In this document: positions 49,436 through 60,043 of the stretch, piece by piece
Position numbering within the stretch: position 1 is the first letter of the stretch
Layout of the letters: each line of letters begins with the position of its first letter
From: an uncultured Nitrososphaerota archaeon
Lineage (GTDB): Archaea; Thermoproteota; Nitrososphaeria; Nitrososphaerales; CADDZS01
NCBI GenBank assembly: GCA_963799845.1
Contig: CAWCYI010000004.1
Span: forward strand, 1,504,001-1,568,000
DNA: 64,000 bases
Direction of reading: 5' to 3'
Notes under the pieces: generated by a model
Database searches by the model: none
The model's input: the letters and a program-made list of their open reading frames with translations, nothing else
Told to the model about the DNA's origin: nothing
Translations under genes and position numbers: made by a program

Positions 49436-50514
49436 ATGCTCTTCGACTTGAAACCAAAAGATGCGCCGAGAGAGTTGTTTGGACGCGAAGAAGAACTCGA
49501 CAGGCTGGTTGAGATGCTCAGGGCCGGGAACTGGGTAGTGGTCATCGGGCCGAGGATGGTTGGCAAGACAAGCCTCATCAAAGCCGCCAACTCGAAGCTA
49601 GGCTTTCAAACAGTGTATGTCAACCTATGGGGAGCAAAAGAGGAATACAGGGTCTTCTCGGCTCTCTGGTAAATGCGATCAACTCTTCAAGCAGCTTGAC
49701 TGGGAAATTCAAGGACTTTGCGGGAAGGATCGAAGGTCTGTCGATCGGCCCTGGTGGCATTTCAGTAACTTCGCAGAAGAGGCCTCTCATGGCTGTATGG
49801 GACTTGCTTGACCTGCTCGGGAGGCAGGGTGGTAAGCTCGTAATTGAACTAGACGAGGTTCAGGAATTGAGCAATGTGAGCGGGCAATTCTTGAAAATAC
49901 TCGCCAACATCTGGAACACTCATAGAAACATAGAGTTCGTCTTCTCAGGCTCTATGTTCGGATTGATCAGGACGCTCCTCAGTCCCAAAAGCAGCAAGAG
50001 CCCAATGTACGGTCGGCCGCCGGCAGAAGTGGTGCTCACAAGATTCGACAAGAAACGAGCCGAAGAGTTCCTGAAGAGGGGTTTCAAGGAGTGCAGAGTG
50101 AAGGTGCCGAACGAAGTATTGAGCCAGAGTGTCGAGGATCATCTTGACGGAATGCCTGGTTGGCTCACGCTTTACGGCAACTGCGTAGCTGTGAGACGAC
50201 AGTCCCTGCAAAAGGCTCTCAAGACGACAGTAGATGAAGGTAGAAACGTGGTCAGAAACGAGCTCCAGCATTTCTTGGAGGGCAGAGACAAGACCCTCTA
50301 TGTTGCGGCACTGAAGGCGACTGCTGGCGGAGCAAGCTGGAGTACTGTAAAACAGTTCATAGAGGCTGCTCGAAAGACCCCTGTCTCAGGCCCTACAGTG
50401 CAGAACGTTCTAAGCAACCTCGTGGACGGATTTCTGGTCGAGCATGCTGACGGAACCTATCGCGTCATAGATCCCATGCTCAAAAACTTGATACTGACTG
50501 GCGAGTCACTCTGA
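49436..50514 (+). CDS. archaeal AAA-family ATPase (ATPase_2-like) with C-terminal wHTH; frameshift near 49635
   Basis: LFD..PK..LFGREEEL, GPRMVGKTSL, IELDEVQ, FSGS, DGMPGWL. Confidence 0.82.
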
Positions 50515-50539
50515 GATCGTTGAACTAGCAAGCCAGCTG

Positions 50540-51363
50540 GAAAGTTCGTCTGCATGCATACCAAGTGCAGCTGAAAAGGAAAGAAGTGTGTTGCAGATGA
50601 CGCAATCTTCGATGAAGCAAAACTCCTCAAAATCAACGGAGACTTCTACGTGTATCTCACAGTCGAAAAGGACATCCAAATCGACAGGAAACCAATCGGG
50701 ATGCTTGCAGTCGATGCTGGCCTACACAACATCGCCACTACAGTGAATTCTCTCGAAAGAAAATCTAGCTTCTATGGAAAAGAGCTTCGAAAGCTGCGAG
50801 CACACTTCTACCTTCTTCGGAAAGCATTGCAGATGAATGGTGCATACGGAGCCCTCAAGAGAGTGGGGGATAAAGAATCTCGAATAACGAACGACATCCT
50901 GCACAAAGTTTCTACAGCCGTAGTAGAGGAAGCGGACAGACTCAACGTGGCGATCACGATTGGCGACTTGAAAGGGATCCGACTGCAACGATGACACTCA
51001 CGCGGTTTCATGCGCAAGCTAAATAGTTTTCCATTCTACAAGCTGTTCCAGATGATTCGATACAAAGCATAATGGCGCGGCATCAAAGTCATAAAAGTTT
51101 CAGAAGCGTGGACTTCCCAGATATGCCATCATTGCCTCTCGAAAGGTTTTCGAGTGGGTGGCAAATTCAAGTGCTTCGCATGCGGACACGAATACAACGC
51201 GGACTATAACGGTGCATACAACATAATGAATCGGGGGATAGGGCAAGCTCTATCTCAGGGGCTGCTTTTGGCACAGCCCATATCGAGAACTCGCTAGGAT
51301 GAAACACCATGACGAGCGTTAACGAAGCGAGAATCTCCCTGCCTTCAGGCGGGAGAATGTCAA
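50540..51363 (+). pseudogene. tnpB: 5'-truncated IS605-type tnpB pseudogene with intact right end
   Basis: AVDAGL, IGDLKGIR, in-frame TGA 50992 and TAA about 51070, NADYNGAYNI; right-end hairpin tctccctgcc-ttca-ggcgggaga followed by TCAA (51360-63). Confidence 0.82.
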
Positions 51364-51401
51364 CTCTGTATTCAATCAAAGGGATAGAATGCAGAAGTGA
51401 A

Positions 51402-52718
51402 CTACCCACGACTGATGATCGTGGGCTTCTCCACGATCAAAGCAGGGCTTCCTGTTTCAACCACCATGCTTGCTCTGACGTCTGGAATCTTTTGAAAGTA
51501 TTCCAAGAGAGTAGAGGCAAGAGTGTCCGCAGGCGTTAATTCCCTATGCACCATAGGTACTCCTCCTTCCTTTTCGATGTTTATCGCGGAGTTGAGGTCT
51601 CTGCCCATTATGAGACCACAGTACGCGCATTCATAGATTCTATCCACAAGAGTGACCTGATTCCTTGCGTTGCAACGCGAGCATTTCTGGGTCGTGGGAA
51701 TGAAGCTATCCACTTTCCTCGGCGTTTGTGCCTTCTTTTCAAGCGCACTGATTATTTCGCCCAGTGAGGTGTTCAAGATTCTTCTTCCCCAAATCCGCTG
51801 CCACGCTTTGATTGCATCATCCTCATAGCAAATCGTTCTGAACTGTTTTGTGAGTCCGTGCACAAGCTTGTTCTGGATATCGTTCTTGATGCTCGTCGTC
51901 CCATGATAGGCTTTATCCAGTCTCGTTTTTGCCTTCCACCAGTTGTGGCTGTGGTATTTCTTTCTGCTTAGCTTCTTGCACAATCTTCTCATTTGCTTCG
52001 AGATAGGGACTTCGTAGCTGATTCTGATCCCGTTTGACAGCGTGAGCTGGTTCTTGATTCCAAGATCAATCCCTACGCTTCGTTCGTCCTCCAATGCCTC
52101 TTTTCTCTTTTCTGCAAACGACTTCGTTTGGTATGTCGTCACGTGCAGATAGTAGTCTCCATGCTTTCGGATCAGAAGCGCGGATGCAAGATCGGCGTTC
52201 GCAGGAATCTGAAAAATCCCTCTTGTTTTGAGTCTCTGCTTGATTCCCTGAATGTGGACGTAGTGCTTATCGATGATCTTGTACGTCATCCCTTGCTGCT
52301 TGAGTGGGATGGAACTCATTTCACTTTTGAATTTGAGCGCACCAACTTTGTGTCCGCTCTTCTTCAACCTGGAAAGTGATCTGATGTTGTCTCTCATCCT
52401 GTCGATGAGTTCCTGTTTCATCTGGGATGAAAGACATCGGATTTCTCTTGTTTCGAAACCATTCTTTGCCTTGACACGGACCGCGCCCAACCTGTAGTCG
52501 GCCTCGAATACGTTTCCGTTTGCAAGCACATGATTGTAGAACCACTTGGCTTCGAGAAATAATCTATCGAGATGTTCGTGTGTCTTGTCGCTGAGATGGG
52601 AAGTATCTATTTTCAGCTCATATTGCTTACAGGTTTGAGTCCTCCGTCTCTCCTTGGTTCTCTTGAGAGTATCGCGTATGGCGTCATTCTTGAGAGACAT
52701 CAGATTCTCCAAGCGCAA
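51402..52718 (-). CDS. tnpB: RNA-guided endonuclease TnpB, IS605/IS607-type, intact; right end ...gtcgtgggtagTTCAC at 51397
   Basis: GIDLG / YEDD / RDLNSAINI RuvC triad, CSRC..CAYCG; canonical cccacga..tcgtggg end hairpin; no tnpA nearby. Confidence 0.9.
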   Translation of the reverse strand: MRLENLMSLKNDAIRDTLKRTKERRRTQTCKQYELKIDTSHLSDKTHEHLDRLFLEAKWFYNHVLANGNVFEADYRLGAVRVKAKNGFETREIRCLSSQMKQELIDRMRDNIRSLSRLKKSGHKVGALKFKSEMSSIPLKQQGMTYKIIDKHYVHIQGIKQRLKTRGIFQIPANADLASALLIRKHGDYYLHVTTYQTKSFAEKRKEALEDERSVGIDLGIKNQLTLSNGIRISYEVPISKQMRRLCKKLSRKKYHSHNWWKAKTRLDKAYHGTTSIKNDIQNKLVHGLTKQFRTICYEDDAIKAWQRIWGRRILNTSLGEIISALEKKAQTPRKVDSFIPTTQKCSRCNARNQVTLVDRIYECAYCGLIMGRDLNSAINIEKEGGVPMVHRELTPADTLASTLLEYFQKIPDVRASMVVETGSPALIVEKPTIISRG

Positions 52719-53329
52719 TTCATCCCATGTTTTAAAACATGGGCTTTCTTGTACAATGCAGAAGTAATTTTCCTTCTGAGTGCATTAAACGTGCCTTCTT
52801 TCTTCGTCAGCATTATCATTGGGTAGTCCCTGCTGGTGGCAGCTGTGCTAGTCGAGCGACAATACTCGGCATAAACAGTCGTCGTGCAAAGCACGTATCC
52901 CGTTATCCACTTTGCGCGAAGTGAAAACAACTTTTCTTTTTTCGGAAGGGAATGGAGACGAGGAAAGAAGGAAGATTTGACTCTCCGACCCATCCTGCGT
53001 CATGTAAACCGTAGGGTGCATATGCGCAGACTCTCTATCATTTTTTCGTTGAGTAGAGGCTGTCATATTGGTATGGAGAATTAAAAGTCAAATTCTCTCT
53101 TCGAATATTCGCCGTTCATCCCAAGCCTGACTAGTTCCGCAGGAGCTTCTTCCCTTCTTTTAGCGGTTATTCCGCCAACGAGAGAGTGGAGACTCTAGCA
53201 AAGTGAGCCTGATTAGCTTTGGATGATTTGCCTCTCTTGGTGAAATTGGAAAAGGTAGCCCGCTTGTACAGTACGAACGATCTGCCAAAGCTAGCGGGCG
53301 AAGGGTGCGGAAAAAGGTGAACACAAATT

Positions 53330-53575
53330 TTGGCAACCACTAACTACATCGGAAACAACTTCCTGAATGAGGCATCTTCAAGCCTGTCCCGTGAAGAGCA
53401 AAACGAACTCGATGCTCTGGACATGGTAATCGGCCTCAGCAGGGAGGAAAAATCGTACCTCCTCTCCGTATGGAGGTCCCCTCCCACTACGCCATCACTG
53501 GTCAGAACGGAGTTTCGTCGTGCAATCAATGTTATGCACGGCAGGATAGCGGATGAAGGAAGGGAGAGCACTTAG
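53330..53575 (+). CDS. small hypothetical protein
   Basis: AGGTGA RBS upstream; first gene of the co-oriented distal cluster. Confidence 0.55.
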   Translation: MATTNYIGNNFLNEASSSLSREEQNELDALDMVIGLSREEKSYLLSVWRSPPTTPSLVRTEFRRAINVMHGRIADEGREST

Positions 53576-53599
53576 CTGGCGAGGAGTTGATGGCACAGT

Positions 53600-54404
53600 A
53601 TGATGACGAAGAGTTATCTTTTCGCTGCAGTTACGTCAACGCTCTTACTACTCCTCGTGATCCCAATTCTAAACGATCTATCGTTGGTTCCCACCGAAAT
53701 TGCATCAATTGTAGCACTGTCCGTAATTTCGATCGCGTTTGGCGGTCTGGCAGCTGAAACGTACGTAATCGTAAAACGCAGAAAACCATCGGTAGTGCCA
53801 GGCAGCAACGCAAAGAAATATTTCATGTCTCTCTCATGTTCCCTGTTCTTCCTCGCAATAGTAGCTCCCTCGATCCGATTTGCGGCTGACTCCGCGGGAG
53901 TGGCGGATGCTGCCACCGTCGTAGTCCTTCTCGTTCTTTCTCTAGCACTTGGCGGATTAACAGCCGAGGGTTTCTTCGCCTTTTTCTCGCTAAAGACTCC
54001 AACAAAGCAAAATGTGGTGCGCGACAATGGACCTAACCTTGTAGTAGCTGAGAAGAGAAAGCAATCAAGAGGAACAGAGTGGATCTTCCCAAAACACTTT
54101 GGATTCCCCCTCGGATGGTAAGGAGAAATTCGATGTTGCCCGCTACATTGACTCTCGGTTCGAAACCTTGGATGTAACACTGGAGACAAGGATGCAGGAA
54201 TTGAAGCTGTTGCTGGGTGCGATTCCTGAAAGTGAGAGAGAGCGTTCGCCTAACGGAGAGACCAAATCGAAGGTGGAGAGCTCAAGCACATCTGCCTCCA
54301 CTAAGGCAGTGCAAGTGAAGCCTCACCAGACTCAGCAGGCAGCTCCGGAGAAAGATCAGGTCGTGGATGTCCTGCTTGGCCAAGCGAAGGCTGGTGGAAA
54401 ATAA
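53600..54404 (+). CDS. 4-TM membrane protein with internal duplication and soluble tail (frameshift near 54060)
   Basis: repeated S.A.GGL.AE units; tail continues in ORF 54099-54404. Confidence 0.55.
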
Positions 54405-54405
54405 A

Positions 54406-55806
54406 ATGCAAGCCACAACGTCTACGTTCATCCGGAGAAATTCTTCCTCCAACGTCTCGCCCGCCAATCATGTCGGACCAATAAGCGTCCCGCGGCCTCT
54501 TTTTGGAAAACTAGTAGATTTCCTTGAAGACAGGTGGGGGACCAAAGTGATAAGGAGGAAGAATGCGTTCTACTGTGCGGCTCAGCAAGAACAGCCTATT
54601 GCATGGCTCAACTCCCAAGAAACGGTAACTATCTTTCTTATAGATCGTGCAAGCGGCAGGCGTAACGCTACTCGAATCAGGATAGAGGACATCCAGCTTC
54701 CGACGCCAATAAGAGTCGAGTACTCAACCTACCAAAGCCTGATTTGTCATCTCATCAGAATATCGGGTGGCGGTGTGGTTAGGTGGTTCAACAAGTTCTA
54801 CTCGACTGGAACCGGGAGCGTTCTTGCCGAGCTCGTTTCTTCAGAGAGAGTCAAGATCTTCGAGACACAAGGGCTGTTCGGGGTTTCAAAGGATCTCGAA
54901 CTCAATAGGCATGCCGCGATAGAAGTACCTAAAGATCAGTACATCCGTCTCCTCAATTTTCTGGAGCAGGAAAAAGGAGAAGAAGTAGCTAGGATCGGAA
55001 ATATCTTCTATCCAAAAGAGTCAGGCGACTTCTTGAGAACCGTCCTGAAATCTCCTGCGACAGTTGATCGGGACAATGCGCGTCTCTTCGAATCCGAAGT
55101 TCTCGCAGAACTAGTTTCCCAAGAGACTGTCAGACTGCGCGACGGCACGACGAAGAGAATCTCCGACCTAGCCCTAAAGAACAGGGTTTACCGGAAGCAC
55201 GTCTACTTCTGCGCATCCTGCCAGTCTTTCATACGCCAACCCTACAGGGCCACGACTCATGAGACGGAATCTGGAAAGCATGCGCTGGCATACGTCAGCT
55301 CCTATCTCTTCGTTGTAGCCGAGAGAAGGAGACAGACATCGCAGAAAGAAACGCGAAAGTTCCCCGAGATAGTGTACAGATTCTGGGGAATCGAAAGAGG
55401 AAAAGTTGCGGACAAACGAAGAAGGTCAAGGAGGCAGTCGCCGATAATCAGCATTCCGACAGCAGCGACATCCTCAACAGCATTCAAATCAAGACCCGTT
55501 CCTCTTACCATTCTGCTCTTGGCGGCCGACATTTCAGTCGATGGCCATGCCGTCACTACGGAAGAGAAAATTGAGGCGCTCCAAAGACTAGCAGAAGAGA
55601 ATGGAACTCCCGGCGTTGAACAAGAGGAAAACCCAGAGCAACAATTACTCATTGAAACGTCTCAGGAGATACCATCATTCGAAAAGACTGGACAGGCGAT
55701 TCCACTCGAAGTCCGCCACAAGCTAAGGAAAAGCAGAGAGATCCAGGTAGCGTTGCAAAGAGAGGCTGGCGAAGTCTTCGGACTTCCGGAGTTAGAAATG
55801 GTCTGA
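54406..55806 (+). CDS. hypothetical protein with repeated SQETV-type domains and a C2H2-like finger
   Basis: NAFY..LNSQETV / NIFY..LVSQETV; CASC-x12-H-x6-H. Confidence 0.6.
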   Translation: MQATTSTFIRRNSSSNVSPANHVGPISVPRPLFGKLVDFLEDRWGTKVIRRKNAFYCAAQQEQPIAWLNSQETVTIFLIDRASGRRNATRIRIEDIQLPTPIRVEYSTYQSLICHLIRISGGGVVRWFNKFYSTGTGSVLAELVSSERVKIFETQGLFGVSKDLELNRHAAIEVPKDQYIRLLNFLEQEKGEEVARIGNIFYPKESGDFLRTVLKSPATVDRDNARLFESEVLAELVSQETVRLRDGTTKRISDLALKNRVYRKHVYFCASCQSFIRQPYRATTHETESGKHALAYVSSYLFVVAERRRQTSQKETRKFPEIVYRFWGIERGKVADKRRRSRRQSPIISIPTAATSSTAFKSRPVPLTILLLAADISVDGHAVTTEEKIEALQRLAEENGTPGVEQEENPEQQLLIETSQEIPSFEKTGQAIPLEVRHKLRKSREIQVALQREAGEVFGLPELEMV

Positions 55807-56087
55807 GGAATAGCTCCGCGTTCTCTCTTCTTTTTTTGAAAAGGCAACACGAGTCCTTACCGGGAGCAACTGCGGATCACCTTCAGGGATCATTAAGGCA
55901 CGAATTTCGCAACACGGGGGCGAAACCGCATATGAGTCAAGAAATACTGAACGCTCTAAAAGAAAAGAAGAAGCAAACAAAGTTCCAGAATAAGAAAATC
56001 GTGAGCGACTAGCGTACAAGCATGGCGCAGCTCACAGAACTATCCGTCGTATTTTGAATTTCCTAACTCGGAGGGAAATCATACTCT

Positions 56088-56699
56088 ATGCTCCAAAGCA
56101 AGTTTTCTCGTGCTGTCGTATCAAAAGACAGACAACGGCTGGAGGGATCTGATGGGGATGAAGGCACTACTTCTGCTTCACTTTTGAAGATCTGGAAATC
56201 GCTGGACAGGAAGCGAAAGATGAAGGCAGGGCAAATCATGACACGCCCAACAATCCTGCCAAGAGGCGATGATGGCGATCTCATCCCAACTTGGGCCTTT
56301 GTAGAACTCCAAAGGCAGAAAGAAAGAGACGCCCAGTGCGCAGTTCTGAACAAGGAGGAGCGTGACGGCAAAGATCAGGCCTCGGATCTGGAAGTCGCTC
56401 TCTACCTAATGTGTGGTTCCTTGGAGGGACCAATTACGGAACAGGCGTGCAGGATCTACTTCCACGCAGTCTCGAAGATAGGCAGCTCATTGAAAGAGGC
56501 GATGAAGTCGTCAGGAATAGGGGTTGGATCGCTCGACGAATACGATTTGTCAGAACTAGGTGCATTCAAGAGGAGGATTAGAAAACAGCAGATAGGAGCG
56601 AAGAACAAGACCAAGATCCTCGCATTCATCAGAATGTTGGATGGAACAATCGTTGAGCTGGAGAACTTCGATCTCCTTTGTGCTGAGAGACAGATCTAG
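56088..56699 (+). CDS. hypothetical mobile-element protein (start may be near 56220)
   Basis: IPTW..ASDLEVALYLMCGSLEGP..IY. Confidence 0.55.
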   Translation: MLQSKFSRAVVSKDRQRLEGSDGDEGTTSASLLKIWKSLDRKRKMKAGQIMTRPTILPRGDDGDLIPTWAFVELQRQKERDAQCAVLNKEERDGKDQASDLEVALYLMCGSLEGPITEQACRIYFHAVSKIGSSLKEAMKSSGIGVGSLDEYDLSELGAFKRRIRKQQIGAKNKTKILAFIRMLDGTIVELENFDLLCAERQI

Positions 56700-56705
56700 G
56701 GAAGG

Positions 56706-57059
56706 TTGTTTGCTTTGATCGACCTGGAGAAAATGATCAGCGAAAAAGGGGAGGACTGGATTATAGGAGCTCTCGTTTATGGTTCGATAGGCTACTACAG
56801 CCCGCACTCTGCAAAGATTCACCTGGACAGGTTGAGGAAGCATAAGCTCGCCTCTAACGAGAGGCTAGATGCCTGTTTCGCAGGAGATTCATCGAGGGAG
56901 CTGGAACATGACACGAGAAACTTCTCTTCCTGGGAAGCGATGCACCCTGATAAAGCGTCAGCGCTAATTGATTTCGTGAAGAAAACAAAGCAAGTAACTG
57001 ACTTCGTCTTTAACGCAGGGTTCAGCTCAGCCGCTCCCACAAGCAGTCTTTTGCTCTAA
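56706..57059 (+). CDS. hypothetical protein
   Basis: co-oriented, 6 nt after the previous stop. Confidence 0.5.
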   Translation: MFALIDLEKMISEKGEDWIIGALVYGSIGYYSPHSAKIHLDRLRKHKLASNERLDACFAGDSSRELEHDTRNFSSWEAMHPDKASALIDFVKKTKQVTDFVFNAGFSSAAPTSSLLL

Positions 57060-57115
57060 AGGGACTTTGCCTTGCTTTCATTCTTTCTTTACTTCTCAGG
57101 AGGTTTTCTCAAACC

Positions 57116-59631
57116 TTGACACCTCAGGAATCAACAAGCGTCGAGCATGAAGACGGAGGCAATGAGGACATCATCAAGGTTCGTCTGAAGGACGAAGCCG
57201 TCATAAAGTATCTTAGCGAAGGGATTTACACGAGCTGGAAGTCTGCCCTAAGGGAGACTCTTTGCAAACGAACTGACAGCCGCATTGACGGCAGTGGAAA
57301 TGGTCAGATCTCAGGAAGAAGAGAATCCGCGGATAGAAATAACCCTCAACCCAGATAGGAGAGAACTGATAATTCAGGGAATACACAGTCTTGGAATCTC
57401 GAAGGATACGTTTGCCGAGAAGGTAATCTACTACGGACGATCAGGAAATGTATCATCCAAGAGGCCTGGGCGATTCGGTTTCGGTCTGAAGTCTTATCCG
57501 GCCTTAGGCAAAAGCATAACGCTGGAAACATATGCGCTCGAAACCGAGGATAGATACGGCGTTACCGGAAGTGAGGGGACGCACTTCAAGAGGATTCCTG
57601 AAGAACAACTCACAGTCTCTGAGCATGGAACGAAAGTATCCATCATCCTGAAGAATGATGTATGTGAAGAAGAAAGTGAGCAAACGTATTGTGGATCCCG
57701 CTCAGGCTACGCCGATAGTACGGTTAGACGCAAAATCATCGAGCTTGATGAGCTGAATCGAAACGATTGAAAATGTCTGTCGGTTTTCGGACATCGACAC
57801 ATACCTCACAATCACTTCAGACTGCAAGATCACGAAGCATTCATCATATTCGAGTTACTCATACGAATCCACAATCAAAAGCCAGACGAGGAAGAAGATC
57901 AACTTCACACCGAGGGAGTACGCGGCGACTAGGATAGCAAAAGGGAACCAGCGTTCTTCGGAACACTTCGAATTCGAGCTCGACGACCCAGATTTCTACT
58001 TCTTCGGTGTGCTCGCAACATCAGGCAGAGATGAAAACGGGGTTGATGTAAACTCGGAGAATGGCGAGGTGCGGCTGCTGAAGATGCCGATTGAAGCAAC
58101 CATTCCAAAGGAGGACTCTAACCGCGTCATAAAGGAAGTGAAGCCGGAATATCCGATGACATTCTGGTTTGTAAATCTCAAGGACGAGGTCAAATTCGCC
58201 CCGACCCCAGATAGAGAGAGGCTGAGGGAAGGAGTCTACTATGAGGTTCACAAGAAGATAGTCGAGTTTCTCAAAGGCAAGTTTGCCGAGATGGAGATCA
58301 AATCATTCTCAGACTACCGGGACTCAAAGTACAAGCCTATTCTAAACTCGCATTCCGACCGCCATCTGCAGGAATTTTTCACGGAGCCGACAAGACAAAT
58401 CTGTTCAGTACTTGATACTGAGGTAATCGTAGCAAGCGAAGAAGGTAGCGATCAATCCTCCCGGCACTGGCGCCGCCACTCTTACAATCCCAGATTGCGC
58501 GAGCTTGTTGCGAAAACTGAGAATATCTTCATGCTGCAAAGAGAGCTCACCAGCACAGGAAAGGGGTTTGTCCTGCCGAAGAAGACCGCCCTTAATCTTC
58601 AGAAAGTGATCCAGGTGAAATATCCCGACGCTGTCGTTTTCCTGTATCCTGGGAGCTACCCGTCTTGGCGACTAAATGAAACGCTGCCCCAAATCCTTGA
58701 ACTTGGAAGAAAACTCAGTGTCCAGTTTTCAGTACGGGAAGCCAAAACAGAAGCTGCCATCCTGAAGCAGGAGCTCGGAGATGACTGGCGCAAAATCGCT
58801 GGCGTGAAAATCAAGGAAAAGACACCGAAAAAAGAAAGAGAGGTCGTCGTATGGAAGTGCGCCCGCGAGTACGGTTCTTCGATCGTAGATCCTATTCGGG
58901 TCAAGCCATCAAAGATTGAGAGCAACACCGTGAGAATCACGGGAAACATGAAGGAATGGATTGACTTGCTCAAGAGGTACTCGGTCAGAGACTACGGAAT
59001 CACTAAGGAGACCAGAGGATTGTCCCACGGAATGAGCGAGGAAGAGTTCAGAGGTCGTCTGTCAAAGAAAAGTGTAGCGACAGAGAATGGGCTAAAGATG
59101 GCTCTTCGAGAAGTCGAAAATTCGATCGACGATGGAGAGATCAAACAAGTCAATGTGCTACGTTTCAATGATCCTGACATATTGAAGTTCTACAAGCACA
59201 AAGACTCGAGGATGATTTGCGCGACAACAGACAAAGAAACATTCGAAGTAGTTGCATATCTGAAACTATCAAACATTGATTTCAAAGCGACAGATGTTGT
59301 GAGAACGAAAGATCTGAAACTTGAGCTAATGAAGTGCTGCGGGGAAATTAAGGAAACAGGGAACAACGAGAAGTCAATTTTCTCTCTCGTGAGCTCTGCT
59401 GAAAATAATGAAGAAGAAGAGGAGAGTTGGAATTCGTGCACGGATGCTGCCAACTACTTGTTCATGGCGGTCTCAATGATAAACAAGAAGAGCGAGGATG
59501 GTCCGATCGGCTCTCTCGACAGTATCGAAATGAAGAAGAAGCTCGTATCGTTGCTCTGGGATTCTCTTTCGAATCTCTACGATATCGAAAAAATGAGACT
59601 AATGGTTCGAACTGCAGTGAAGTATGCGTAG
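57116..59631 (+). CDS. GHKL (HSP90/rIIA-like) ATPase protein, frameshifts near 57260 and 57765
   Basis: LSEGIYTSWKSALRE(L.ANE), GRFGFGLKS, HGTKVSI, PTPDRERL. Confidence 0.72.
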
Positions 59632-59698
59632 TTGGGCAGAAGCTTGTTCTGAAATCGATGTAGGCTCTTATTGAATTTTTTCAGGAGATGATCGATGC

Positions 59699-60043
59699 TT
59701 GAAGCTAGTGGTGACCAGGCAACTCCAGTGGCCCGATGGAAAAAGAGTTGTCGAAGTTTCGATCGGAGGAATCGACTATACGAACCCAGATGCGCTGGTA
59801 CCGAAGTACGAGGGCGAGTTTGTGGAGTACGATGATCCAATAGAAGCTGTGGAAACTGCGATTAGAATCTGCAGGAAGTGGAGGGAGGATGGTCACAAGG
59901 ATGCAAAAGTCGGCTTTGGTTCTACCGGCGGTTTCACTGCTCCATTTGAGGATTGTACTTTCAAAGAGGCTCGTGGTTGGGCACGGAAGTTGCGATCTTC
60001 CAATGAAAGAAGAGTAATCGACGAGGAGCCTGATCAAATTTGA
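59699..60043 (+). CDS. hypothetical protein
   Basis: AGGAG RBS; overlaps the next start. Confidence 0.6.
   Translation: MKLVVTRQLQWPDGKRVVEVSIGGIDYTNPDALVPKYEGEFVEYDDPIEAVETAIRICRKWREDGHKDAKVGFGSTGGFTAPFEDCTFKEARGWARKLRSSNERRVIDEEPDQI

Noticed and set aside
15900-51000. Genetic-code reassignment or selenocysteine at TGA, suggested by in-frame TGAs at 16227, 23660, 39211 and 50992
   Set aside because: Many intact genes end in TGA (e.g. 15419, 23398, 47532). Two of the affected genes also carry in-frame TAA stops. Ordinary nonsense mutations explain the pattern.
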